DNA of 64,000 bases from Nitrososphaerota archaeon (GCA_033581555.1 JAVQSZ010000006.1:55415-119414), one strand, 5' to 3'; shown: positions 37,208-47,397, counted from the first letter of the stretch. A program made the numbers and translations. The notes: generated from the letters alone by a model not told the origin.

Positions 37208-38233
37208 TCACGGGAACGACCGGTCTTTACCCACCGCGATCGATCCCCTGAGCTCCTCGAGGCCGCCGCATCCGGACCTCTCGAGCTCCGCGACCAGCTC
37301 CCGGAGGATCTCTCGGACGGCATAGGGCCCCCTGTAGGCGAGGGCGGTGTAGAGCTGGACGGTCGTGGCCCCGCGCGTCAACAGCCCGAAGACGTCCCTT
37401 CCGGAGAAGACTCCTCCGACCGCGTTCACCTCGAGCGCCTCCCCGAACTCGCCCCTGATGCTCGAGACGGCCCTGAAGGTCAGCTCCAGCAGCGGCCTCC
37501 CGCTCAACCCCCCGAACCCCGTCGAGAGCCTCCGGTCCTGGACCGGCAGCGTGTTGATCGCGGTCACGCCCTCGAACCCCGCGTCGACCCACGTCCCGAG
37601 CGCCGAGAGGACCGCGTCCCAGACCTCCTGGACCGGAGGAGGGACCTTCAGGTAGGTCGGCCTCCTCTTGACCGGCGCGATCGCGTGGCAGAGGTCCCTG
37701 AAGGCGTTGCCCTTCAAGTACTCCCTGAGGGCGGGCGTGTTCGGCGACGAGACGTTGACCTCGACCGCGTCCGCGACCTCCTGGGCCCTCTCGTAGCAGT
37801 AGGCCAAGTCCTCCAGCTTGACGCCGCTGACGCTCACCACGACCGGCGCCCTCGAGGGCCTCGACCTCCTCAAACCCTCGAGCCCCTCGTCTATCCCCGG
37901 GTTCGGGAAGCCCATCGCGTTCAGGAGCGCGCCCTCAGACCTTAGCCTGACGAGCCTCGGACCTGGGTTCCCCTTCCTCGGTTCCCGGGTGAAGGTCCCC
38001 GCGACCAGATACCCGAACCCTAGCTTCTCGAGGTCCGCGAGGTGCGCACCGTTCTTGTCGAAGCCCGCCGCCAGCCCGATGGGGTTCGCGAGCTCGCCGA
38101 ACTTCGTCCTAACCCGGAGCCTTCCGTCCGGGACCTCGACCCTCCTTGCAAACCTCAGGAGACTAAGGCCGAGTCGGTGGGAGAGCTCAGGCGGCAGCAC
38201 GGAGAGCGCCGCGTGGACCCCGCGCGTCAGCAA
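37208..38233 (-). CDS. pyrD: Dihydroorotate dehydrogenase, class 2 (quinone-type)
   Basis: NPIGLAAGFDKN, GNPGPRL, LNAMGFPN, NVSSPNTP (catalytic Ser), GGLSGRP. Confidence 0.9.
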   Translation of the reverse strand: MLTRGVHAALSVLPPELSHRLGLSLLRFARRVEVPDGRLRVRTKFGELANPIGLAAGFDKNGAHLADLEKLGFGYLVAGTFTREPRKGNPGPRLVRLRSEGALLNAMGFPNPGIDEGLEGLRRSRPSRAPVVVSVSGVKLEDLAYCYERAQEVADAVEVNVSSPNTPALREYLKGNAFRDLCHAIAPVKRRPTYLKVPPPVQEVWDAVLSALGTWVDAGFEGVTAINTLPVQDRRLSTGFGGLSGRPLLELTFRAVSSIRGEFGEALEVNAVGGVFSGRDVFGLLTRGATTVQLYTALAYRGPYAVREILRELVAELERSGCGGLEELRGSIAVGKDRSFP

Positions 38234-38349
38234 ACCGCCCCGACCTCTTCGCCCACCGGGAGCGAAATTAAGATGAGTTCAGGCAGACTTCGGAACCCTC
38301 GACCTGACCGGATTATGTTATATTAAGGACCCGGATCGTGGGACGGCGA

Positions 38350-39813
38350 ATGTGGCTGCTACCGCTCCCAGATCAGCTCGAGGTGCTGCTGTACGCCGCG
38401 TTCGCCGTGCCGATCATCGGCGCTGTCCTCGGTAGGGAGGGCGCTAGGCTGGGAGGTTGTGTGGCCTCGTCGGCAGCCTTCGCGGCCTCCTTCTACATTA
38501 CGCTCGCCCAGTTCAACGCCGGGATAACCGCCAGCATCAGCGTCGCGCCGTCTCCCGCGACGTCGGTGATCCTCCTCGACAGGTTCTCGAACTTCGTGGC
38601 CCTGGTCGTGCTGGGGGTCTCGCTGCTCTCGTCGGTCTACGCGGTCAGCTACGTCGCCGAGAGGCACACGGAGTTCTACACGCTGGTCATTCTACTCGCG
38701 ATGGGGATGCTCGGCGTCTTCTACGCTGGCGACGTGATCGCGTTCTTCGTCTTCTGGGAGGTCATGAGCGTAGCCTCCTACCTGCTGGTCGCCTTCAACT
38801 ACAGGGAGTGGGAGGCGGTCGAGGCCTCCCTGAAGTACCTGATCATGAGCTCCACCGGGTCGGCGGCCCTCCTCTTCGGGATCTCGCTCCTCTACGGCCT
38901 CACGGGCGAGCTGACCTTCGCGGGGCTCAGGGCGTCGCTGGCGTCCGGACCCGTCGCGACGGAGACGTGGACGGTCATCGCGGCCGCGCTCGTCCTAACG
39001 GGCCTCGGGGTCAACGTCGCGATGGCTCCTTTCCACTTCTGGCTCCCCGACGCCCACCCCGCTGCCCCATCCCCGGTCAGCGCCCTCCTATCGGGCGTCG
39101 TGATCAAGACCGGGGTGTACGCGCTCCTCCGCCTGCTCCTCAACGTCTTCCCGACCGAGACGTACGGATGGCAGCTGGGCCTGCTGCTGCTCTCGCTGGT
39201 GACGATGACCGTCGGCAACCTGATGGCCGCCCTCCAGGAGGACATCAAGAGGCTCCTGGCCTTCAGCAGCATCGCCAACATCGGCTACATCGTCTTCGGG
39301 ATCTCCCTAGGGAACCAGCTGGGAGCGGTGGGGGCGCTCCTGCACCTCCTCAACCACGCGATCGCGAAGGCCCTCCTCTTCCTCGCGGCCGGCTCGTTCA
39401 TCCACGCGCTCCACACGAGGAACCTCGATGAGCTAGCAGGGGCCGGGAAGCAGATGCCCCTGAGCGGCGTGACCTACACCGTCGGGGCCCTGAGCCTCGC
39501 GGGCATGCCGGGGCTGAACGCCTTCGTCAGCGAGTACGTCATCATCGCCGCGGCCTTCCAGACGCCCTTCTGGCCCTTCGCGGTCGTGATGATCCTGAAC
39601 GTCCTGATAGGCGCGATGTACCACATGAGGGTCGTCCAGACGCTCTTCCTGAAGGGGCCTTCGAGCGGCCACGGCTCGGTCAGGGAGTCGGCGTTCCCGA
39701 TGCTCCTCCCCCTGATCGTCCTCGCGGTCGCCGCGATCGTTATAGGCGTCTATCCCGCTCCGTTCCTAGGAGCTGCGCAGGAGGCCGTGCAGTTCGTCCG
39801 CCTTAGGGGCTGA
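38350..39813 (+). CDS. MrpD/NuoN-like proton-conducting membrane subunit
   Basis: FVFWEVM, EASLKY, PFHFWLPDAHPAAPSPVSALLSG, DIKRLLAFSSI, NHAIAKALLF. Confidence 0.88.
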   Translation: MWLLPLPDQLEVLLYAAFAVPIIGAVLGREGARLGGCVASSAAFAASFYITLAQFNAGITASISVAPSPATSVILLDRFSNFVALVVLGVSLLSSVYAVSYVAERHTEFYTLVILLAMGMLGVFYAGDVIAFFVFWEVMSVASYLLVAFNYREWEAVEASLKYLIMSSTGSAALLFGISLLYGLTGELTFAGLRASLASGPVATETWTVIAAALVLTGLGVNVAMAPFHFWLPDAHPAAPSPVSALLSGVVIKTGVYALLRLLLNVFPTETYGWQLGLLLLSLVTMTVGNLMAALQEDIKRLLAFSSIANIGYIVFGISLGNQLGAVGALLHLLNHAIAKALLFLAAGSFIHALHTRNLDELAGAGKQMPLSGVTYTVGALSLAGMPGLNAFVSEYVIIAAAFQTPFWPFAVVMILNVLIGAMYHMRVVQTLFLKGPSSGHGSVRESAFPMLLPLIVLAVAAIVIGVYPAPFLGAAQEAVQFVRLRG

Positions 39814-39949
39814 GGCCTGCGGACTCCTCCGGACAATTCCACGGGATTCTCGCTTCCGGTGGACTCGGGCCCCTAAAACTCGCCGACGGGTAGGGCCCGC
39901 CCCGATGTCGCTCAGGAGGGAAGCTTATAAGCAGAGCGCGGACGTCGGG

Positions 39950-40732
39950 ATGATGGGGGTGCTGAACGACGCGTTGAGGCTTAAGCCGCCTGTCACGGTG
40001 AGGGTAGTCGACCTGATGAACCTCGCGAGGCTCGCGCTTTACAACCCTGAAGCTCAGGCGCTCTTCTGGCGCATCGAGTCCAGCGAAGGTCAGGTGATAG
40101 GCACGCTCTTCTCGGTTCCTTACTGGCGGAACAGCCTTCCTCTCTTCTTCTACGTCAGGGCCCGGGAGGATCTGGGCAGGGGCTCCTATGTCGCATACAG
40201 GAACATTGACAGGGAGGAGCTGAGGCTATCTGACTCCAACGACGACCCCAAGTTCCACTACGCGCCGATCGTTGAGGTCGCCGAGCCTCCCGCGATACTC
40301 GTCGAAGCCTTAGGGAGGAGGAGCGCCCCAGACCTCGAGGCCCCGGTGTTGACGCGGGTCTCGGACCTTCCCTCGCTGATGAGGCTGCTGATGGTCGCCT
40401 CCTACGACAGCCACCAGCCCCCGATCCTCAGCTTCAGGGCTAACGGCTCGAACGTCTTCGGCGTCCTCCTCCCGTTCTACGACTACTACGAGGCGAACGC
40501 GCTCCCGGTCTTCGCGTACGTCGAGCGCCCCGGCTCCCCCGAGGGAGGCTTCCTGAGGTACATCGCGTCCGGAGGCGGGGAGAGGATCGAGTTCACCGGG
40601 CACGTCTCCGACATGAAGTTCTTCTACGGTAGGATCGTGAACCTGACCGACCCCCCGTTCTTCTGGCCCGCAGAGGACAGGCCACAGCGGAGGAGGGGGA
40701 GAACGGCAAGGGCCCAGGCCCGCAGCACCTAA
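39950..40732 (+). CDS. Uncharacterised archaeal protein made of two tandem homologous domains
   Basis: PVTVRVVDLMNLARL..LPLFFYV..KFHYAPIV is repeated as PVLTRVSDLPSLMRL..LPVFAYV..KFFYGRIV; TTATAA upstream. Confidence 0.7.
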   Translation: MMGVLNDALRLKPPVTVRVVDLMNLARLALYNPEAQALFWRIESSEGQVIGTLFSVPYWRNSLPLFFYVRAREDLGRGSYVAYRNIDREELRLSDSNDDPKFHYAPIVEVAEPPAILVEALGRRSAPDLEAPVLTRVSDLPSLMRLLMVASYDSHQPPILSFRANGSNVFGVLLPFYDYYEANALPVFAYVERPGSPEGGFLRYIASGGGERIEFTGHVSDMKFFYGRIVNLTDPPFFWPAEDRPQRRRGRTARAQARST

Positions 40733-40758
40733 ATCGTCGTCCGGACCTCTTCGGCCCG

Positions 40759-40935
40759 ATGTCGGCGTCGAGGAGGAGGCGCAGGGAGGCCCCGATGCCC
40801 GCGACCGGCGCAGGTCTCCTGAGGTTCTTCGAGGAGGAGGGAAAGGGCGTCAAGGTGAGGCCCGAGGTCGTGCTGATCGCGGGTGCTCTGCTGATCGCGG
40901 CCGTCGTTCTGCTGACCAGGTTCGCGCCGATCTAG
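40759..40935 (+). CDS. secG: Preprotein translocase subunit Sec61beta/SecG (not in ORF track)
   Basis: MSASRRRRREAPMPATGAGLLRFFEEEGKGVKVRPEVVLIAG..: GAGLLRFF..P motif plus one C-terminal TM helix. Confidence 0.92.
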   Translation: MSASRRRRREAPMPATGAGLLRFFEEEGKGVKVRPEVVLIAGALLIAAVVLLTRFAPI

Positions 40936-40938
40936 GGC

Positions 40939-41193
40939 GTGAGTGGCTTGATACCGGTCGAGACCAAGCTCAGGGTCCGCGGGTTCTGGAGCAGGTCGAC
41001 GAGGCCGAAGGAGATCGAGGAGAGGGTCGAGCTCGCGAGGACGGTGAGGACGGAGCTGAAGGAGGCCGCCAGGGACGAGCTCTCGAGGACGAGGGAGATG
41101 CGGGAGGAGATGGCCGAGGTCAAGTCGACCATGGAGAGGATGAGGAGAGTTCACAGGGACGCCATCAGGGAGGTGCGGAGGAGGGCCTTTTGA
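40939..41193 (+). CDS. Small charged helical hypothetical protein
   Basis: GTG 3 nt after the secG stop, host-like codon usage. Confidence 0.55.
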   Translation: MSGLIPVETKLRVRGFWSRSTRPKEIEERVELARTVRTELKEAARDELSRTREMREEMAEVKSTMERMRRVHRDAIREVRRRAF

Positions 41194-41209
41194 TTGGGCC
41201 GGGTACGCC

Positions 41210-41404
41210 ATGGGGAGCGCAAACGTCTTCGTGAAGGCGACGGAGCTGGCCGCAGCCCTCTCAGTCCCCGTGATACTCTTCGCGCTGCTCAACTACCTCT
41301 CCGACGGTATCGGGAGGTCCTGGGTCTTCGTTTGGCTGGTCCTCACGCTGCTCTGGCAAGGCCTGGTGATCGCGCTCTTCGCCTCTAGGAGACTTCTGCG
41401 CTGA
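41210..41404 (+). CDS. Small two-TM membrane protein
   Basis: Two hydrophobic helices, operon-like spacing. Confidence 0.6.
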   Translation: MGSANVFVKATELAAALSVPVILFALLNYLSDGIGRSWVFVWLVLTLLWQGLVIALFASRRLLR

Positions 41405-41409
41405 CCTGC

Positions 41410-41670
41410 TCAGAAGGGCCTCGGCTTCAGGACGACTACCTTACCTTCCCGCTTGATCGCGACCGACTTGGACTTCTCCACGTCCTTCCTCAGCGCGGTC
41501 GGAACGTAGACCCTTCCGTACCTGTCCAAGGCGACGCCCCACCGCTCTCCCCCGACCTCGAAGACCGCCTCGGTCGCCCCCGCCGCGATCCTCTTCGGCA
41601 CCTTTATCCTCCAGTACTTCCTCACCGATTTGTCCAGCTGAACGACCTCGAGCGCCTGCTCCGAGCTCAT
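41410..41670 (-). CDS. AbrB/MazE/MraZ-like swapped-hairpin DNA-binding protein
   Basis: KSVRKYWRIKVPK and VALDRYGRVYVPTALRK duplicated hairpin motifs; AT-rich promoter upstream. Confidence 0.6.
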   Translation of the reverse strand: MSSEQALEVVQLDKSVRKYWRIKVPKRIAAGATEAVFEVGGERWGVALDRYGRVYVPTALRKDVEKSKSVAIKREGKVVVLKPRPF

Positions 41671-41732
41671 GTTGCACTACCGTAACTTTCAGATATAAGC
41701 GACTTGAATAAAAATTGAATTCTCGATACGCT

Positions 41733-42602
41733 TCAAGAGGAACCCTCCTGGCCCGAGACCACTATATAAATGCCCGCGCAGACCAGGGCCGCTCCAACGA
41801 AGAACTCCGGCCTGGGCACCTCCAGTAAGATCAACGCCCCGAGCGTGGTCGCGACGACGGGCTCCAGCAGCGCTAGGGTGGCGGCCTGGTGGGCCGTGAG
41901 GGACCTGAGAGAGGAGAGCTGGAGGGTGTGGCCGAGCGCGGTGGGGATAAGGGCCTGGCCCAGCAGCGCGGGCACCTCCTCCCTCAACGGCGGCCTGACG
42001 CCGTCGCCGACGACCGCCGACCCTCCGAGGGCGGTGAGCGAGGCGACGCCGTAGACGATCGGCATGAGGAGCAGGGGGTCAGAGACCTGCCTGACGGGCT
42101 TCGCGAGGCTCAGGTAGAAGGCCCAGGCCCAGGCTGATGCAACGGCCATCAGGTCCCCGACCAGGTGCTCCGGCGAGTATGCGTACTGGAAGGCCGTGAT
42201 CGCCGCGACCCCGATCAACGCGGCAGCAGTCCCCGCGACGGCCCTCGTGTCTGGGACGTGACGCCACGCGACCGCGGAGAGCAGGAGGGCCCAGACGGGC
42301 GTCGTGTTGACCAGCGTGGCCGCGTTGAGGATCGTCGTGGACTTGACCGACGCAGTGAAGAGGACGACGTGGAGCCCCAGGAGGAACCCGAGGACCGGAA
42401 GCCTAGCCCAGTGACCCGACGCCAGCCCTTGCCCCCTCCTGAACGCGAGCATCGCGACCACGAGGAAGACCGAGGCGAGCCCGAGCCTGTAGAACGCGAT
42501 CGAGGAGGCGCTCAAGTTAGGCATCAGCCTGACGAAGATCGACGAGGTGCCGAAGAAGACACCGGCGAGGGCCGCCTGGACCAGATACCTCGAACGGGCC
42601 AT
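41733..42602 (-). CDS. EamA/DMT family transporter
   Basis: About ten TM helices, IAFYRL, NTTPVW, GDLMA, LLEPVVA. Confidence 0.9.
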   Translation of the reverse strand: MARSRYLVQAALAGVFFGTSSIFVRLMPNLSASSIAFYRLGLASVFLVVAMLAFRRGQGLASGHWARLPVLGFLLGLHVVLFTASVKSTTILNAATLVNTTPVWALLLSAVAWRHVPDTRAVAGTAAALIGVAAITAFQYAYSPEHLVGDLMAVASAWAWAFYLSLAKPVRQVSDPLLLMPIVYGVASLTALGGSAVVGDGVRPPLREEVPALLGQALIPTALGHTLQLSSLRSLTAHQAATLALLEPVVATTLGALILLEVPRPEFFVGAALVCAGIYIVVSGQEGSS

Positions 42603-42608
42603 GACCTC

Positions 42609-43793
42609 TCAGGAGACGACGCCTATGCCGTACGTCGTGGAGATCGGTCTGCCCCTCTGGAACCTCTCGACGGAGAAGTAGTCCTCGTCGAAGAGCTCCG
42701 GCCTCCTTCCCAGTGCGATGTCCCTCACCGACATCCCGATCGCAGGCGCGAGCTTGAAGCCGTGGCCGCTCAGCCCGACCGCCCAGATCAGGTTCCGGAG
42801 CTCCGGGTCCCTCCCGATGATCGGGTGCCAGTCCGGCGTTACGTCGTAGAGGCCCGTCCAGCCCCGGGGCGCGAAGGGCGACCTGAGGAAGGCGGGGAAC
42901 CTCCTGGAAATCCTCTCGTGGTACCCGAGGAACGTCTCTCTGCTGATCGCGCCTCCGCCCTCCTCCGGCGACGACTCCCTCACGGACGGCGGCTCGATCG
43001 TACCCACGTATGTCTCCCGGCCGCCGTGGGGGCGCATGTAGAAGAAGAGCTCTGGGCTCAGGTCCGCGAAGACCGGGTGCTCGCCCCTGAAGTCGTCGGG
43101 CCTCGTGAAGACCCCGATCTCCTCCTTCAGGACCCTGATCGGGAGCACCCTGCCGGCCGGCCCGAAGAGCGAGTTCGTCCAGACCCCCGTCGCCGCTATC
43201 AGGGTCCCGGGCTCATACTCGTCCCTGTTCGTGACCACCCTGACGACCTCTCCGCTCTCCGCGACGACCTTTAGGACCTCCTCGCCCTCGGAGACCTCAG
43301 CGCCGCTCCTCCGCGCAGACTCGGCGAAGGACCGCGCGGTCGAGACCGGGTCGGCGAAGCCCGACATCGGCTCGTAGGCAGCTGCGGCGATCCCCGAGAC
43401 GTCGACCTGGGGGAGGAGATCCTTCAGCTCACCCGGATCGAGCTCCCAAGTCTCCACGCCGACCGACCTGAGCATCGCAACGTTCTTCGAGAGCCCCGGC
43501 CTCATCGACTCGGGCACCGCTAGGACGAACCCGACCCTCCTGAGGCCGCAGTCCCCTCCCACGAGCTCCTCGAACCTCTCGAAGACACCGAGGCTGACGA
43601 GGGCCATCCTCGCGACGACCTCGTTGCTGTAGTGGAGCCGTATGATGGCAGTCGAGTACCCGGTCTGCCCCCAGCCTATTCTTCCCCTCTCGATCAGCCT
43701 GACGCCCCTCCCCTCGGCCAGCGAGAGGTAGTGCGCGACCGCGGTCCCCGTCGAGCCCCCTCCGATCACCAGGTGCTGGACCTTCCTCACCAC
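42609..43793 (-). CDS. FAD-dependent oxidoreductase (DAO/sarcosine oxidase beta-like)
   Basis: VIGGGSTG, WTGLYDVTPDWHPIIG, GLSGHGFKLAP. Confidence 0.88.
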   Translation of the reverse strand: MVRKVQHLVIGGGSTGTAVAHYLSLAEGRGVRLIERGRIGWGQTGYSTAIIRLHYSNEVVARMALVSLGVFERFEELVGGDCGLRRVGFVLAVPESMRPGLSKNVAMLRSVGVETWELDPGELKDLLPQVDVSGIAAAAYEPMSGFADPVSTARSFAESARRSGAEVSEGEEVLKVVAESGEVVRVVTNRDEYEPGTLIAATGVWTNSLFGPAGRVLPIRVLKEEIGVFTRPDDFRGEHPVFADLSPELFFYMRPHGGRETYVGTIEPPSVRESSPEEGGGAISRETFLGYHERISRRFPAFLRSPFAPRGWTGLYDVTPDWHPIIGRDPELRNLIWAVGLSGHGFKLAPAIGMSVRDIALGRRPELFDEDYFSVERFQRGRPISTTYGIGVVS

Positions 43794-43825
43794 GTCACAC
43801 CGACCCCCGAGCTCCGTCGCCGTGC

Positions 43826-44977
43826 CTACTTAGCCTTGACCGACTCGATGATCCTCCTTATCGTGGACTTCTTGAGCGCGTAGCTCGGCCTCTCGGGGAT
43901 CAGACCCTTCGGCCTCACGATCAGCAGGACGATCAGCAGCAATCCGAAGGCCAGCCTGTCGAACCAGATGACGCTGAATGGCAGAACGGGCTCCAGGACC
44001 ATCTTGTATTGGTCGATGAGCTTCCTCGCCGACCAGTAGACGCCGGTCCCGAGGGCGACGCCGAGGTAGTTGCCCGCGCCACCCAGTATCACCATGACCC
44101 AGGGGAGGAAGGTCCAGGTGACCCTGTCGAAGGCCGTCGCGATGATCCCGCCGCTGTAGAAGGCCCAGAGCGCCCCCGCAACGGCCGAGATCGCCGAGCT
44201 GATCATGAGGACCGTCCGCTTGTAGTATACCGTGTCCTTCCCCAGCACCTCCGCCGCGAGCTCCTGGTCCCTCATCGCCCTCAGGACCCTCCCGAAGGGC
44301 GAGCGGCCGACGCCCCTGACGTAGAGGCCCACGACGACCGCCACGATGACGATCGCGAGGGTCGCGACAGTGAACCTCATCCCAGCTCCCGCCCAGGAGA
44401 ACGGGTCTATCACCTGTATCCCGAGGGTGCCGCCGATGATCTCCCTGTTGTAGTAGCCCACCGCGGTCAGGAACTCCCCGAACGCCAGCAGCGTCATCGC
44501 GAGGTAGTCCTCCCTGAGCCTGAGGGCGGGGTAAGAGGCGACCAGCCCAAGGACCGCGCCGACCAGCGCCGCCAGGAGCAGCGTCATCACGAGGACGCCG
44601 ACCGAGAGGAGGGGGTCCATCGAGAGCACTCCGCTCTGTAGGCAGGTCGCTATCACGACGTTGTCCTCGATGTAGTCCATCCTCGTCAGGATCGCTGGCT
44701 TCTGGGGCGCGAGGCCCCTCACGCACTCCGCGACGACCGGATGCGTTATCCCCTCGGCTCCCGCGAACATGTTGTACGCCGCTGCTAAGACCCTGCCCGG
44801 GACCGCGCCCGCGATGAAGGCTCCGCCCGCAACGCTCAGGACCTTCCCGAAGTTCGGTATTCCGGCCTTCCCGTACTCCAGCTCGAGCGTGAGGTTGACG
44901 ATCAGGTAGACCCCCATGAACGCCAGGAGGTCCACCACGAAGATGTACGCGAGCCTCAGCGACTCGGGGTCGATCAC
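43826..44977 (-). CDS. livM: Branched-chain amino acid ABC transporter permease (LivM-like)
   Basis: LEYGKAGIPNFG, LRLREDYLAMTLL, SPFGRVLRAMRDQE. Confidence 0.9.
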   Translation of the reverse strand: MIDPESLRLAYIFVVDLLAFMGVYLIVNLTLELEYGKAGIPNFGKVLSVAGGAFIAGAVPGRVLAAAYNMFAGAEGITHPVVAECVRGLAPQKPAILTRMDYIEDNVVIATCLQSGVLSMDPLLSVGVLVMTLLLAALVGAVLGLVASYPALRLREDYLAMTLLAFGEFLTAVGYYNREIIGGTLGIQVIDPFSWAGAGMRFTVATLAIVIVAVVVGLYVRGVGRSPFGRVLRAMRDQELAAEVLGKDTVYYKRTVLMISSAISAVAGALWAFYSGGIIATAFDRVTWTFLPWVMVILGGAGNYLGVALGTGVYWSARKLIDQYKMVLEPVLPFSVIWFDRLAFGLLLIVLLIVRPKGLIPERPSYALKKSTIRRIIESVKAK

Positions 44978-45915
44978 GGCCTCACAGCACCTCCGGCCTT
45001 CCGGAACCTAAGCAGCGCCGAGGAGAGCTGGACTCCCGCGAGGCCCCTCGGGAAGACTAGCAGCGTGACGCTCATGATCAGGAGCGGGAAGACGATCCTG
45101 TAGGGCAGGATCCAGGGCCAGACCCGCGACGCGAGGAAGATCCCGTAGACCTCGAGCAGGCCCACCATGTAGCCTCCGAGGACGGCGCCGTAGATGCTGG
45201 AGAGGCCTCCGAGGATGCTCGAGGCGAAGACGCTCACGAGGAGCCTCGAGCCAAACGCCGGGTCCTGCTGGTACCAGAGCCCCAGGAGGACGCCCGATAC
45301 GCCCGCGAGGCCCCCGGCGAGGAACCAAGAGAAGAGGTAGACGAGCTGAACGTTCACCCCCAGCGACCCCGCGAGCATCGGGTTCTCGATCGCCGCCCTC
45401 ATCGCGACCCCGAACCTGGTCCGGTGGAGCAGCAGGACGAGGGACGTCAGGGTCACCGCGACCGTCAGGACCGACGCCAGCAAGACCCCGGGCCCGATGC
45501 CCTCGACCTGGACGTCGAACCTCCGGAGCAGCACGTCCCTGGACGTGACCCTGAACGTCCTGGAGAGGATGTCGGCGTAGATGTTCAGGGACGCGAGCAG
45601 GATCAGCTCGAAGGCGATGGTCGCGATCATCTGGTGGACGAAGCTCGCTCCCCTCCTGATCAGCGGCCTCAGGGCCATGAGGTAGAAGGCGGCCGCTGTG
45701 GCCCCGGAGAGCACGAAGGCCGCGGGCAGGGAGTAGTAAGCGTTCGTGCCGAGGACCGACGTGAAGGTGAGGAGCGCGTAGGACCCGATCGTCGCGAGGC
45801 TTCCATGTGCGAAGTTGGGGACCTTCGTCGTCAGATAGGTGAGGGTCAGGCCTAGGCTGAGCATCGAGAGCGTGCTCGCGTAGATCACCGCGTCCCTCGC
45901 CAGGGGGTCCAGCAC
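44974..45915 (-). CDS. livH: Branched-chain amino acid ABC transporter permease (LivH-like)
   Basis: LGLTLTY..VPNFAHG, RTRFGVAMRA. Confidence 0.9.
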   Translation of the reverse strand: MLDPLARDAVIYASTLSMLSLGLTLTYLTTKVPNFAHGSLATIGSYALLTFTSVLGTNAYYSLPAAFVLSGATAAAFYLMALRPLIRRGASFVHQMIATIAFELILLASLNIYADILSRTFRVTSRDVLLRRFDVQVEGIGPGVLLASVLTVAVTLTSLVLLLHRTRFGVAMRAAIENPMLAGSLGVNVQLVYLFSWFLAGGLAGVSGVLLGLWYQQDPAFGSRLLVSVFASSILGGLSSIYGAVLGGYMVGLLEVYGIFLASRVWPWILPYRIVFPLLIMSVTLLVFPRGLAGVQLSSALLRFRKAGGAVRP

Positions 45916-46023
45916 GAGAGATGACCACCGCGAGGCTCGAGATAAAGGTCCGTGAGAAGAAATCGATCGTCCTTAAAATTTTGATGAAAGCTTATATGCA
46001 ACCAATGTGGTCATCCTGCTGCA

Positions 46024-47364
46024 ATGCGAACGACGACGTCTATTGGGATTTCTACCGGCGCTGCTGCGGGACTCGCCGTAGCCCTACTGGTTGTGGGTTT
46101 GGTCATCGGCGCCTTCGCTTTGGGACCGGCAGTGACGCCGCCGAGGGAGGTCGTGAGGACCGAGGTCCGGACGGTGACCGCGCCAGCGGGACTGCGGGGC
46201 GAGGTCCTGATCGGCGCGCTACTCCCGCTGACCGGTGACCTCGCGTCCTACGGCGAGAACAGTAGGGTCGCCCTCGAGCTGGCTGAGAGGGACGTCAACG
46301 ACTACCTCAGGACGATAGGCGCCGGCTTCACCGTTAGAGTGGTCGTGGAGGACACCGAGACCAAGCCTGAGACCGCGGACGCGAAGCTGAAGAGCCTCGC
46401 CGCGAGGGGTATAGTCCTCTACATCGGGCCGATGACCAGTGCCGAGATCAGGAGGATCAAGTCCTACGTGGACGCCAACAAGCTCCTGCTCTTCAGCCAG
46501 TCCTCGACGGCCCCCGACCTCGCGATCCCCGACGACTTCGTCTTCAGGGGATGCCCCGACGACACCATCCAGGGCCCGATAGGTCCTAGGCTCGCGAAGG
46601 AGCTGGGAGTGACGCACATCATCTACGTCTGGAGGGGCGACGCGTGGGGCGACGGCCTCTACAGGACCTCCAGCGAGGAGGCCAGGAAGCTCGGCCTCAG
46701 GGTCTTCGGCGAGGGCACCGGCGGGATAAGGTACGCGCCGGAGAAGAAGGAGTTCTCTGCGGAGGTCGCGTCGCTCGCAGCGACCGTCAGGCAGCTGATC
46801 GGGCAGGGCGTCTCGCCGGAGAAGATAATGATCGAGTATATCGCGTTCGGTGAGGCCGTCGCGTTCCTCTCGACGGCCGCGGACTACCCCGAGCTCGGAA
46901 GGGTCAAGTGGTTCGGGAGCGACGGGACCGCCCAGCTCGCGGAGATCCTGCAGGACCCGAAGGCCAGGGACTTCGCCGCGAGGGTGAAGTGGATCAACCC
47001 GATATTCGCGCCGGCCGAGAACGAGAAGACCCAGAAGGTCACCGATCACGTCAAGAGGAGGCTCGGGAGGGTGCCTGACGCCTACGCCTATGCGGCTTAC
47101 GACCAGCTCTGGGTCTACGCGCTGACCCTGCTCCAGGTCGGAAGGGTCGACTCGGACCTCGTCAGGAGGGCGCTCCCTGGCGTGGCGAGGAACTACTATG
47201 GAGCGGTCGGGCCCATGGTCCTCAACGCGGCCGGCGACCTCGCGGGCGCCGACTACGGGCTCTGGGTCGTCGCGAGGGTCGGTGACAAGTTTGACTGGGT
47301 CAAGGCCGGGACCTACAGCTTCGCCACCGGGGCGTTCAGCTGGACGCCGGGCTTCACGCCGTAA
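46024..47364 (+). CDS. livK: Branched-chain amino acid ABC transporter substrate-binding protein
   Basis: N-terminal TM, IGALLPLTGDLA..G, SQSSTAPDL, AYAAYD. Confidence 0.9.
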   Translation: MRTTTSIGISTGAAAGLAVALLVVGLVIGAFALGPAVTPPREVVRTEVRTVTAPAGLRGEVLIGALLPLTGDLASYGENSRVALELAERDVNDYLRTIGAGFTVRVVVEDTETKPETADAKLKSLAARGIVLYIGPMTSAEIRRIKSYVDANKLLLFSQSSTAPDLAIPDDFVFRGCPDDTIQGPIGPRLAKELGVTHIIYVWRGDAWGDGLYRTSSEEARKLGLRVFGEGTGGIRYAPEKKEFSAEVASLAATVRQLIGQGVSPEKIMIEYIAFGEAVAFLSTAADYPELGRVKWFGSDGTAQLAEILQDPKARDFAARVKWINPIFAPAENEKTQKVTDHVKRRLGRVPDAYAYAAYDQLWVYALTLLQVGRVDSDLVRRALPGVARNYYGAVGPMVLNAAGDLAGADYGLWVVARVGDKFDWVKAGTYSFATGAFSWTPGFTP

Positions 47365-47397
47365 GCCATCCCTAGAGGCGGGAACCTATTTTTAGTC

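Noticed and set aside
36244-37323. SMC/Rad50 or CdvA assignment for the long coiled-coil protein
   Set aside because: No Walker motifs, hinge, zinc hook or PRC barrel visible
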